This document shows, in pieces, positions 12,365 to 23,440 of a DNA stretch of 64,000 nt. Position 1 is the stretch's first letter. Every line of letters begins with the position of its first letter. Below the pieces are notes generated by a model that saw nothing but the letters and a program-made list of their open reading frames with translations, searched no databases and was not told the DNA's origin. Origin of the DNA: Octopus sinensis (lineage: Eukaryota); contig NC_043013.1 of assembly GCF_006345805.1 (NCBI RefSeq), positions 9,424,001-9,488,000 on the forward strand. Reading direction: 5' to 3'. A program made the position numbers and the translations under genes.

Positions 12365-12820
12365 CGCAGGAGCGGCTGTGTGGTAAGTAGCTTGTTTACC
12401 AACCACATGGTTCCGGGTTCAGTCCCACCAGGAGTGGCTGTGTGGTAAGTAGCTTGTTTACCAACCACATGGTTCCGGGTTCAGTCCCACTGGGCAAGTG
12501 TCTTCTACTATAGCCTCGGGCTGACCTTGTGAGTGGATTTGGTAGACGGAAACTGAAAGAAGCCCGTCGTATATATGTATATATATATGTGTGTGTATGT
12601 TTGTGTGTCTGTGTTTGTCCCCCTAGCATTGCTTGACAACCGATGCTGGTGTGTTTATGTCCCCGTTACTTAGTGGTTCGGCGAAAGAGACCGATGGAAT
12701 AAGTACTGGGCTTACAAAAGAATAAGTCCCGGGGTCGATTTGCTCGATTAAAGGCGGTGCTCCAGCATGGCCGCAGTCAGATGACTGAAACAAGTAAAAG
12801 AGTAAAAGAGTAAAAGAGTA
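12365..12820 (+). mobile_element. SINE family A with tandemly duplicated head
   Basis: CAGGAG.GGCTGTGTGGTAAG..CAGTCCCAC occurs twice (12367-12428, 12429-12490), then the normal body and a (GTAAAAGA)n tail. Confidence 0.85.
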
Positions 12821-13090
12821 ATAATATCATCTCCCAACACAGTTCTTTGCACACGGTCAAATGTATGTTGTATTATCAAGAGCGCCACGAAAAGAACATT
12901 TTAAAATATTAACCGAGATAAGTGAAAAGGGTCCATTTGCTGACAGTGATGTGAGACATTCATTACTCTCTTTTAATTGAAATGTCTTTAAGTTTCTTTT
13001 AAATTGCTCGGAAAGGGACACTAGAAACACTTAATACGTCTATAAGTGAATATAATGAAACAACAATATAGCAAAACTCATCTCTTCATA

Positions 13091-13485
13091 TCTCTCTCTA
13101 TATAAAGCTGAAGTTGTCTGTGTATGGCAGGTTTGGTAGCCTTCAACTAACACTATCTCCTCCGAGACCCTGCGGCGCAAGTTGACCAAAATTGAGAGTA
13201 TGATAAAAAAAAAAGGCCTGCTCTTACTTCCGTAGAAGAAAAACTTCAAATCGGACCATGTTAAGAACAAAAATTATTTACATCAAAAAGGTGCTTTTTT
13301 TCTATGAAAATCCCTATTTTTTGCGATTTTTTGATTGCTGTGTCGCCATTTTTCGGTGTATTTCAACCAGAAAATTGTTCACTTAAAGAGAATAACAAGC
13401 TACATAATGCAAAATTTCTACTTTTCAAAAATTCCAATTCTAAAGGGTCGAAACAAACCCGAGCAACGCCGGGCGATACTGCTAG
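13091..13485 (+). mobile_element. Non-autonomous Helitron (second family)
   Basis: A|TC start (TCTCTCTCTATATAAAG); 3' end ACAAACCCGAGCAACGCCGGGCGATACTGCTAG|T is identical to the 4123-4519 element. Confidence 0.75.
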
Positions 13486-13944
13486 TTGGTAAATATAATT
13501 CATTAATTTCCACCAGAGCATCTATTTTCAAATTCATTCAAGTGAAGATTCATGAACATTTTCCTTTGACAGTCTCATCGCTTTTCCAGTTTTCATTATC
13601 AACTTTTTTTAAATGTATTATGGATTATTTTACTGATTACAGAATAAACTATAACAGAGTTTTCGTTCAATTCATGAGATTGTCTATTTACTCTATAATT
13701 TATGTAATCATATCTATATATATATATATAATATCAATATGTGCAACACACATGCCAACAGAAAACCGCCTGGAGGCGTTCAGTAATAGAAAAAATCAGA
13801 AGATAGTTGTATATGCATATTTCAACAGTTATTGTTCTTTTATCAGCACCTCATTCATCTCATCAGCTATCCACGAACACATTCTTTAAATAACCACTAC
13901 TTTTAGTGGATAGGCCAATTTACATATTAAACACATTCCTGGCA

Positions 13945-14125
<181 letters not shown>

Positions 14126-14292
14126 GAGGGGAGGGAGTAAAAGTAAGGGGGTAAAAAAGTTCATTGTATTCGCGTAAGCGCACATGTCTATACCTCAACA
14201 TGCGCGCCCGCACACCCACGCACATGCGCCTAAAAAGTATACACTCATCCACCCTCACTTGAAACCTACACATTCTCACCCGCACCATTCGC

Positions 14293-14332
<40 letters not shown>

Positions 14333-14789
14333 CCCACACACACACACATCAAAAAGGTTCATACACACGTCTATATACGCACAAGCACAAGAAAGAACAG
14401 GGCTAAAGGCAACAATAAAGAAAATGGTGTATGGGAGAATAAAAATAAGCAAGAAGAGTAAGACACGTCTACATACGCACATACTCGAATGCACGCACAC
14501 ACACACATCTATATATGCACATACTCGCACACATCCACACGCGCGCACATTCCGTATACATGTCTATATACGCACAGGGAAAATGCAGGGTGGAAGGTAG
14601 AATAAAAAAATATATAAGCAATAAACCTATAAACCAATATCTCTATAAATATGTAAAAAATATATGTATAAAAAATATATAAATATATATATAAATATAA
14701 GTAAAAAATATAAAGAGATAAAAAGCTTGTACGTGGACACAATATAGAAAACAAGTTCTATCTGTAATCTCGTGGGGGGGGGGAACGTA

Positions 14790-15420
14790 AAATATTTAAC
14801 CACGTATGGGCATGATCCGAAAAGTTCAGTTCTTGAATTCAGACATGTAGCGGGGTCTAAGCTGCTTTTCCAGATGAGTCATCTTTCCATATCACATAGA
14901 CCGCACGTAAGGACCATATATGACTAGATAATTTGGTCGTTTTCCTTTTATCCCAGTGCCTGAAACTCAAGGTGTGATTATTGAACCTGGCCTGGAAATT
15001 ACCGTCTGTAAGGCCCACGTATTTCTTCGTCGAAACCGTGTCCTTAGTGGATATAGAGTCTACGGTGGCTTCATAAATGATGGTCTCGGACATGCAAGCT
15101 CCATTGAACGGGCGCAAATTTTTATCCCTGCATGAACAGCTGGTTTCGTATTATGGTTTTTGTGTGTTGTGTGCGATTATATTTTTAAAATTGGTAGTTG
15201 AGCTGAAACTGATTTTTAAGTTATATCTATTGAAGAGCTTTCTGTATGTATGGTTGACTGGAAAATGTCTCTCTATCAGTGCTAAGAAATACATGCCTAA
15301 ATTGAAGGTCACCTCGGGTGAGTAGGGGGATGTGAACCTCATAGTTTTCCTATTTCTGTTTCCTCTTCTTTATTATTGGACTGGTGGCAGGTGTACAGGT
15401 TAATTCTTCACCAATAAGGG
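14790..15420 (-). pseudogene. Penelope-like element fragment: linker plus GIY-YIG endonuclease
   Basis: SPYSPEVTFNLGMYFLALIERHFPVNHTYRKLFNRYNLKISFS (PLE linker) and IIYEATV..KKYVGLTDGNFQARFNNHTLSFRH..TTKLSSHIW (GIY-YIG). Confidence 0.85.
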
Positions 15421-15495
15421 TCTAAAAGATAGTGGTTTCGCGGAAGGTGCGACGCAATGAGACTGAACCTGGAACTATGAGACTGGGAGGCAAAC

Positions 15496-15783
15496 TTCTT
15501 ACTACTACTACTACCACCGCCGCCACCACCACCACCTCCACCTCCACCTCCACCACCACCACCACCACCACCACCACCACCACCACCACCACCACCACTA
15601 CTACTACTACTACTACCACCACCACCACCACCACCACCACCACACTACTACTACTACTACTACTACCAACAACTACTACTACTACTACTATACTACTACT
15701 ACTAATCCTCCTCTACTACTGCTGCCGCCGCCGCCACCGCCACCACCGCCGCCACCACCACCGCCGCCACCACCACCACCACC

Positions 15784-15851
<68 letters not shown>

Positions 15852-15865
15852 AACCACCACTACTA
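15496..15865. repeat. Mosaic trinucleotide array (CTA/CCA/CCG)
   Basis: Direct reading. Confidence 0.95.
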
Positions 15866-16414
15866 CACACATGTACATATGTGTGCGTGTGTGTGTGTGT
15901 TTGATCTTATGTGCGTATTCGTGCGCGAAACGACATTTAGTTATGTCCCTTTCTACTCTGAACTTCTCATTTCGACTATGCTGACTTTTGGCTGCTAAGT
16001 CTCTGTACTCAACGAAATTCATTACTGACCATGTCAGATACTGAATATAAAATTTAATCGTCATTTTCTTTGCACCCCACCATGAAGTCTGTATCATTGC
16101 ACCAATATTAGAAATTATTACATATTTAATAAACTATAAAAAAAAAAAACAGAAAGAGAATTATTTAGTTCATATATATTTCTGAATGACTTAGAAATAA
16201 CTTATCTTGTACAGATGTGATAATTTCTTCTGTTCCCAAGTGAAAATCGTAAATAATGTTTGAGGAAACGGCATCGATCTTTGATGTTTTGGGAACATTA
16301 TTTTTACAATTAGCTATTGTTCTAGTTATTGTTGCTGCTGTTATTTAGCCACAAGTCAGCTCTGACCAAGCAGACTTGACGATTCCGTCATAATATTTTT
16401 TTTTCTGCTTTAAT

Positions 16415-16832
16415 AGGCGCAGGAGTGGCTGTGTGGTAAGTAGCTTGCTAACCAGCCACATGGTTCCGGGTTCAGTCCCACTGCGTGGCATCTTGGGCAA
16501 GTGTTTTCTGCTATAGCCCCGGGCCGACCAATGCCTTGTGAGTGGATTTGGTAGACGGAAACTGAAAGAAGCCTGTCGTATACATGTATATATATGTATA
16601 TGTGTGTATGAGTTTGTGTGTCTGTGTTTGTCCCCCTAGCATTGCTTGACAACCGATGCTGGTGTGTTTACGTCCCCGTCACTTAGCGGTTCGGCGAAAG
16701 AGACCGATGGAATAAGTACTGGGCTTACAAAGAATAAGTCCCGGGGTCGATTTGCTCGACTAAAGGCGGTGCTCCAGCATGGCCGCAGTCATATGACTGA
16801 AACAAGTAAAAGAGTAAAAGAGTAAAGAGTAA
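16415..16832 (+). mobile_element. Full-length SINE family A
   Basis: Complete head, body and (GTAAAAGA)n tail matching the other copies. Confidence 0.9.
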
Positions 16833-17224
16833 TGTAATTGAGTAATGTGTTGTGTTGTGTGGGAGGGATTTAGCTTCTGTTTCTGGAACGTCGGAGGCCT
16901 AACGACTACATACTTGTTCCCTCGTTGGCTTGATTAGTCATTCTGGTTTGCGAGATTGTGAGCATATTTCTGAAGGAGTTATTTCGTCTTAAAATAAAAT
17001 TCTAGACGTGTTTCCTGAGAAAGAAAAAACAGAAAACTATTTCTCTCGATATTCTTTAACAAATCAGAGCACTGGATGACAGAATCGTTAGCCGAGTGGC
17101 CGAAATATCTCCAGATTTGTCCTTTTGTGTCCTTATATACAGGTATGTTGGTACAAACAGGCAAAACAGAACTCAAAAAAAGAACTCAACGCACGAAACT
17201 CTCGGACCATGAGTCACTGTGTTA

Positions 17225-17286
<62 letters not shown>

Positions 17287-17447
17287 AATAGATATATATA
17301 TAAATATATATATATAAATATACATATATATGTATAAATATATATATATATATATATAAATAGATATATATATATAAATAGATATATATATAACTATATA
17401 TATATATAAATATACATATATATAGAAATATACATATATATATAATA

Positions 17448-17490
<43 letters not shown>

Positions 17491-17533
17491 TATATGTATA
17501 TATAATATATATATATATGTATATATATATATT

Positions 17534-17615
<82 letters not shown>

Positions 17616-17625
17616 ATTATATATA

Positions 17626-17660
<35 letters not shown>
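17225..17660. repeat. ~435-bp interrupted (TA)n array
   Basis: Direct reading. Confidence 0.95.
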
Positions 17661-17691
17661 CGCGAGAAAGAAGCAACAAGAATGGATAGGT

Positions 17692-17782
17692 TTTTAGTAC
17701 AATCGTTTCATACAAGGACAGGCTTTATTAAAAGTTGAAAAAATTACAGCATATAAACGTGTCCCGTACTCATCAGCTAAAA
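17692..17782 (-). ncRNA. Type I hammerhead ribozyme (mirror copy)
   Basis: Reverse complement of 18426-18516; core nucleotides identical; predicted cleavage after the A at 17698. Confidence 0.8.
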
Positions 17783-18425
17783 TACATGTGAGTTCTCTAG
17801 ACATCCTAGTGGTTGAGGCTATACTCATGAAGTAATGTAGATAATTAAGTAACATAAACAGATTTCCAAAGTTCATTAAAGTTCTTTAAAGATGATGTAC
17901 AGTCTTATCACAGAATTTTAAAAAAGTTTTAATAGCATCACAGAGAAGCAGTAATGTGATTAATGTGGCAAATACCTAATCATATAACAAGAATTGATAC
18001 CTACCTCATTGTGTTCAACCATTGATAAATTTATCGCCTGTGAATATGAAATTCCTCTTCATTTCTCTGGAAATTTACATCTACACCATTGGAAATTGTG
18101 CATCTATACAAAGGATTAATTCACCCTCTCTGTAATGCTAATAAGCAGGAATTGAGACCCACCTCGTTGTGATTAACAATGGATAAATTTGTCGCCTGTG
18201 AGTATGTAATCCCTCCTCATATCTCTGGAAATTCATATGTGCACTATGGATTAGGTCACCTTCTCTGTGATGCTATTAAAACTTTTTTTAAATTCTGTGA
18301 TAAGACTGTACATCATCTTTAAAGAACTTTAATGAACTTTGGAAATCTGTTTATGTTACTTAATTATCTACATTACTTCATGAGTATAGCCTCAACCACT
18401 AGGATGTCTAGAGAACTCACATGTA

Positions 18426-18516
18426 TTTTAGCTGATGAGTACGGGACACGTTTATATGCTGTAATTTTTGCAACTTTTAATAAAGCCTGTCCTTGTATGA
18501 AACGATTGTACTAAAA
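18426..18516 (+). ncRNA. Type I hammerhead ribozyme
   Basis: Stem I TTTTAG(18426-31)/CTAAAA(18511-16); CTGATGA 18432-38; stem II GTACGGGACA/TGTCCTTGTAT (10 bp, one bulge); GAAA 18499-502; stem III AC-GATT-GT; GUA cleavage triplet ending at 18510. Confidence 0.8.
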
Positions 18517-18659
18517 ACCTATCCATTCTTGTTGCTTCTTTCTCGCTTATAATCACCCCACATTACTGTATTGTTAAAACAGTAGTTTTTTTGGTGCATC
18601 TAAGTTAGGTACCATATTCAAGTAAATTCATTTAAATAACTTGAATCTTTATTGCTTTT

Positions 18660-18714
<55 letters not shown>

Positions 18715-18793
18715 TATATATATATATATACATATATATTACATATATATATACATACATATATACATACATATACATATATATATATATATA

Positions 18794-18831
<38 letters not shown>

Positions 18832-18840
18832 TGTATATAT
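18660..18840. repeat. (TA)n array with CA interruptions
   Basis: Direct reading. Confidence 0.95.
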
Positions 18841-18842
18841 AA

Positions 18843-19641
18843 GGGTGCGCGTTGCGCTACATGCAACACGAAGTTAGACGAAAGCAGAGCAAATGGGAAA
18901 CTAGGCGAAAACTTAACGGACGGGAAATTAGACAGACACGATACACGGAATATTACCTCTTTAGTCAATGACACAAAATATTATAGCAGTTTCGGGTCAA
19001 TTACCATTGATACTGCTCAATTTCGCAGGCGCCATTGATTTTTATTAAAGTACTGGGAAAGGGCTAGACAGAAACAAACAAGACTTTATAAAACAAGACT
19101 TTATATAAATACAACAACGAATTATGCATATATAGCAGCTCGAAGCCTTACGGCTATATACAACGGAATAAGAATGATAATTATACTTATACCACAAGTA
19201 CAACAGAAAGAGCTTTGCAGCTATCGAACGACCTAAGTGGGGCTGCGCAAAGAGAAAATGTCCTAGAGGACACAGCGAGTACCGAGGCCAGTAATGGTCA
19301 AAGGTAGGGCGAAAAAGAACAACACCGCCCTCGCCAGGCACCGGTCACGTGGTAGGCAAAGAAAGCATGCGAGAGCGGAAAGAGAGTAAGAGTGGAGAAA
19401 GAGATAGAGTAAGAGTAGAGGTGGGAAAATATAGACTAAGAAGGAATGAGGGGAGAGAGAGAGAGAGACAGACAGAGAAAAGAAATGCAGTTCTTTGTTG
19501 CATTTATATAACGTATTTATATAACTGCAAATTTTCCGTGTATCGTGTCTTTGTCTAATTTCCCGTTCGTTGAGTTTTCGCTTAGTTTTCCGTTTGCTCT
19601 GCTTCCATCGAACTTCTCTTTGTATTCTTTCTGTTCAACCC
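18843..19641. mobile_element. MITE-like element with ~85-bp subterminal inverted repeats and GGGT...ACCC ends
   Basis: 18870-18953 is roughly 85% identical to the reverse complement of 19531-19616; (TA)n on both sides; superfamily not determined. Confidence 0.55.
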
Positions 19642-19740
19642 TATATATATATATAATAAAATATTAGGGAATAAATCCAAAAACTTACAGGGAAAAATCA
19701 GATTTAGGATTGAATCCAATTTTATAGTAAAATATTATAT

Positions 19741-20251
19741 TATATTAAATTAGAGATAAAACCACTATTAGGCAAATCATACAATGAAAAACTTAAGCCA
19801 ATACATAAGATTAATTAATTTATATTATTTTAAATATATATCAAAATTATTAAAAAAAGATACTTAGTATAACACTACCTTATAAATTATAATTATTATT
19901 TAACATTATAGTCGATTTGGATATAATCATAATTGTTAAGTTCTATGTCTCTAGTTTGATAATAGAGTTTATTATAAGTAAAATTATTATATTAAATATA
20001 TTATTTATATCTTAAAAATATTGTTTAAATATTTCTGATTATATTTTAGATATTTCAATCACCTGAAGAATGACTGTAACTCGAATTTTATGAATTGGAC
20101 AGCCATGAAACGATCGTAGTGTTATAATAATTATCTTTTTTTAATAATTGATATATATTTAAAATAATATAAATTAATTAATCTTATGTATTGGCTTAAG
20201 TTTTTCATTGTATGATTTGCCTAATAGTGGTTTTATCTCTAATTTAATATA
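19741..20251. mobile_element. PLE-type inverted-repeat element (~120-bp arms) with a hammerhead in the spacer
   Basis: 19741-19862 is the reverse complement of 20132-20251 apart from a 2-bp indel; (TA)n on both sides. Confidence 0.8.
20060..20121 (+). ncRNA. Minimal type I hammerhead ribozyme
   Basis: CAC/GTG stem I; CTGAAGA 20063-69; stem II ATGACTGT/ACAGCCAT (7 of 8 pairs); GAAA 20107-10; palindromic ACGATCGT stem III; GUA ending at 20118. Confidence 0.7.
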
Positions 20252-20259
20252 TATATATT

Positions 20260-20290
<31 letters not shown>

Positions 20291-20370
20291 TGATAGGAAT
20301 AGTAAGACAACAAGAGAATGAAAGAGACCTCGATATTATGTAAATAGGGAATTTATCTGTAAATGTAATG

Positions 20371-20503
20371 TGACAATTATTCGGTAGCCATGATAAAACT
20401 CCGACTTTTTTTCGATGGCTGGATAACTGAAGAGATGGCGGCGTGGGTTTCCGCCCCGACATCCGAAACTCGGAGTTTTATCATGGCAACCAAATAATTG
20501 TCA
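20371..20503. repeat. 34-bp inverted repeat whose right arm overlaps a hammerhead
   Basis: TGACAATTATTCGGTAGCCATGATAAAACTCCGA (20371-20404) vs TCGGAGTTTTATCATGGCAACCAAATAATTGTCA (20470-20503), two mismatches. Confidence 0.8.
20422..20482 (+). ncRNA. Type I hammerhead ribozyme, slightly non-canonical
   Basis: GATAA/TTATC stem I; CTGAAGA 20427-33; GATG..CATC plus GCGG/CCGC stem II with one extra C before GAAA (20465-68); AC-TCGGA-GT stem III; GUU triplet ending at 20477. Confidence 0.55.
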
Positions 20504-20510
20504 TATATTA

Positions 20511-20576
<66 letters not shown>

Positions 20577-20585
20577 CATACATGC

Positions 20586-20616
<31 letters not shown>

Positions 20617-20660
20617 CATACATGCATATATATATATACATATATATATACATAAATACA

Positions 20661-20697
<37 letters not shown>

Positions 20698-21151
20698 CCA
20701 ATAGTATCCTCTTACTGTCCAGATCAGTCCTACTCCGGACCCGAGGTTGTTTCTGGTATACTACCTACTTATCATAATAACTAAAGTGCATACGAAATCA
20801 AAATCAGTTAATAGTCAATTATAGTCAACTGTAATTATTTACTTCTCTAATAATCGGTGTTTCTAATTACATTTCTTACTTCTTAAATTTTATTTTTGAC
20901 AAAACCAAATAGCTCATTTAGCTATTATGCATTTACCCCGCGCCTACCCCGCGTATATAGGAATGTACCACTCAATATTATAACTACCTCTTATGCTATT
21001 TCGAAATTCTAGTCGGTCGAATGTTTCGCAGTGGGTCAGCATGTAGCATCAATTGATTATCACCGTCCTCACTTTCTCCTTTTTCTTTTTTTCTTCTTTT
21101 TCTCTTTCTTTAATTCACTTAATATATGGATATATATACAGATATATCCAT

Positions 21152-21548
21152 AGGCGCAGGAGTGGCTGTGTAGTAAGTAGCTTGCTTACCAACCACATGG
21201 TTCCGGGTTCAGTCCCACTGCGTGGCACGTTGGGCAAGTGTCTTCTACTATAGCTTCGGGCCGACCAAAGCCTTGTGAGTGGATTTGGTAGACGGAATCT
21301 GAAAGAAGCCCGTCATATATATGTATATATATATATATGTGTGTATGTTTGTGTGCCTGTGTTTGTCCCCCTAGCATTGCTTGACAACCGATGCTGGTGT
21401 GTTTACGTCCCCGTCACTTAACGGTTCGGCAAAAGAGACCGATAGAATAAGTACTAGGCTTACAAAGAATAAGTCCTGGGGTCGATTTGTTCGACTAGAG
21501 GCGGTGCTCCAGCATCGCCGCAATCAAATGACTGAAACAAATGACTGA
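21152..21548 (+). mobile_element. Full-length SINE family A
   Basis: Matches the family consensus. Confidence 0.9.
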
Positions 21549-21733
21549 ATTTTGCCTTATTTTCTTTTTTTGTCTTTTTTTCTTTTACATACTGCACTCA
21601 ATGACCGAGTTAAGGTTCAGAAACTACGCAACACCCTCTCCTCCACCTGTCATTCAGACTTTAGTTTAATCGACACGCTTACAGTTGTATACTGCATTAC
21701 ATTCAGGCTTATTATACGCTTTTATTCATACTG

Positions 21734-22056
21734 TCATTTGTCTGCGGCAATGCTGGAGCACCGCTTTGAAGTGTTTTAGTCGAACAAATCGGCCCCAGGA
21801 CATATCTTTTTTTAAGCCTAGTATTTATTCTAGCAGTCTCATCGGTTGTCAAGCGGTGATGAGGGGGGTGGGGCAAAGACACACACATACACACACGGTG
21901 ATCTTTCAGTTTCCATCAACCAAATTCACTCACAAAGCTTTGGTCGGCCCTAGGCTATAGTAGATGACACTTGTCCAAGGTGCCACGCAGTGGGACTGAA
22001 CCCGGAACCTTGTGGCTGAGAAGCAACTTTCTTATCACACAGTCACGCCTGCGCCT
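21734..22056 (-). mobile_element. SINE family A (diverged, internally shortened)
   Basis: Reverse complement of family A tail, body and head. Confidence 0.8.
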
Positions 22057-22161
22057 GCACATATAAATGTAGATCTTTTTTTAGTATAATAATATTTTCG
22101 TGGAGTTCAGAGCAACATTGCGTGGATTGGCGCACACTGTTGACGAAGCACTGACTAAGCT

Positions 22162-22424
22162 TTTGGGTTGGTGCATAAATATTGCGGTTTTTTTTCAACA
22201 AATTTTATTCAACAAAAACAACAACAACATGTAACAAAAACATCTTTAAACGATTATTCCAAGCATATTCACCATCTACTTCAATTACTGCTTCCCATTT
22301 GCTTGGCAGACGGTCAGACCGTCATTTAAAGATGTTTTTGTTAAATATTGTTATTGTTTTTGTTGAATAAAATTTGTTGAAAAATAAGAGAAAAAAGCCG
22401 CAATAATTATGCACCAACACAATA
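22162..22424 (-). mobile_element. Mariner-derived MITE
   Basis: Long imperfect terminal inverted repeats beginning TTGGGTTGGTGCATAA.TATTGCGG; inside, the minus strand reads DRLPSKWEAVIEVDGEY (mariner C-terminus). Confidence 0.8.
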
Positions 22425-22898
22425 TTATGCAGAAGGCCATGAACACATCTAGAAAAACGGTGAAGTTATAAAAATGTTGGACTAAATGTCACGTGATACT
22501 CAAGTTCAAATAACGCCAGAGTTGGACTTCCCTGACAGTTTATGGACATCAAAGTTCATCACGATGAAGAGTCTGTGGAATATCTCGACACTCACTCCCC
22601 ACTTTTCTCTTTCTCTGGCTCAGTGGTTAGAGCGTTATCATGAGGTAGTGAGGTAGTGAGTTGTGATGTTACCTTTACCGTGTTTGCATACGTAGGTATT
22701 AACAAGTGAAACCATTGGTACGTAGGTAATCGTTTTTTAATTTTTTATTTCGTATATTTTCATTTGTCTTACTCAGTTTTACATTTTGGCGTTTTGCTGA
22801 GATTTTTTTTGAGAACACATTCTTCGTGGTAATGGAGATTTGACGTCTATGTTTAGCATATTAGGTGTCCACTTTAGTGGTCCTTCCTCTTAATTTTG

Positions 22899-22950
<52 letters not shown>

Positions 22951-23164
22951 CATATATATATATTATATATATATATATATAATACATATATATATATATA
23001 TATATTATAATAAGGGTTAGGCAAAAGAATTTGCTTCACCACACACCGAACTTTAGAAATAGCAGCCAAAAAATAACATACCGAATCACTACTTGGTGGA
23101 ATTATTAATTATTAATTAATTAGTTAATTAATTTTACCCTTTATTATATATATATATAATTAAT

Positions 23165-23304
23165 CGCTAGATCGTGATTTCAATTCCTTGACCGGGTGTT
23201 GCGTTGTGTTCTTAAGCAAAACACTTCATCTCACGTTGCTCTGAGATCATTTCGACGCCTGACACGCATAGTACACAGTGCACGTGTTCAGGTAACGTCG
23301 ATTT

Positions 23305-23337
<33 letters not shown>

Positions 23338-23440
23338 TGTGTGCTAATGTTCGGCATGAACATGTGATCACTTTAAACAAATCATTTGAGCCAGTCGTTC
23401 GGCAATAGCTGAACGCTGATACGTCGTCTTCGACGGGAGA
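23165..23440 (+). mobile_element. Diverged tRNA-head SINE (C-type head, other tail)
   Basis: GATTTCAATTCC B-box-like motif followed by GCGTTGTGTTCTTAAGCAAAACACTTCATCTCACGTTGCTC, shared with the 62488 copy. Confidence 0.55.

Larger units (their letters stand above)
17662..18546. mobile_element. Foldback element: 287-bp near-perfect inverted arms around a 311-bp spacer; each arm carries a hammerhead ribozyme (PLE terminal-repeat-like)
   Basis: 17662-17948 is the reverse complement of 18260-18546; only two substitutions found (17738/18470 and 17919/18289). Confidence 0.9.

Noticed and set aside
17935-17980. TEKQ*CD*CGKY resembling a C2H2 zinc-finger linker
   Set aside because: Two stops in 12 codons and no His pair or repeat; probably chance
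17694-18514. Two nearly identical 60-aa ORFs on opposite strands (MNFGNLFMLL..)
   Set aside because: A by-product of the inverted repeat; no domain recognised
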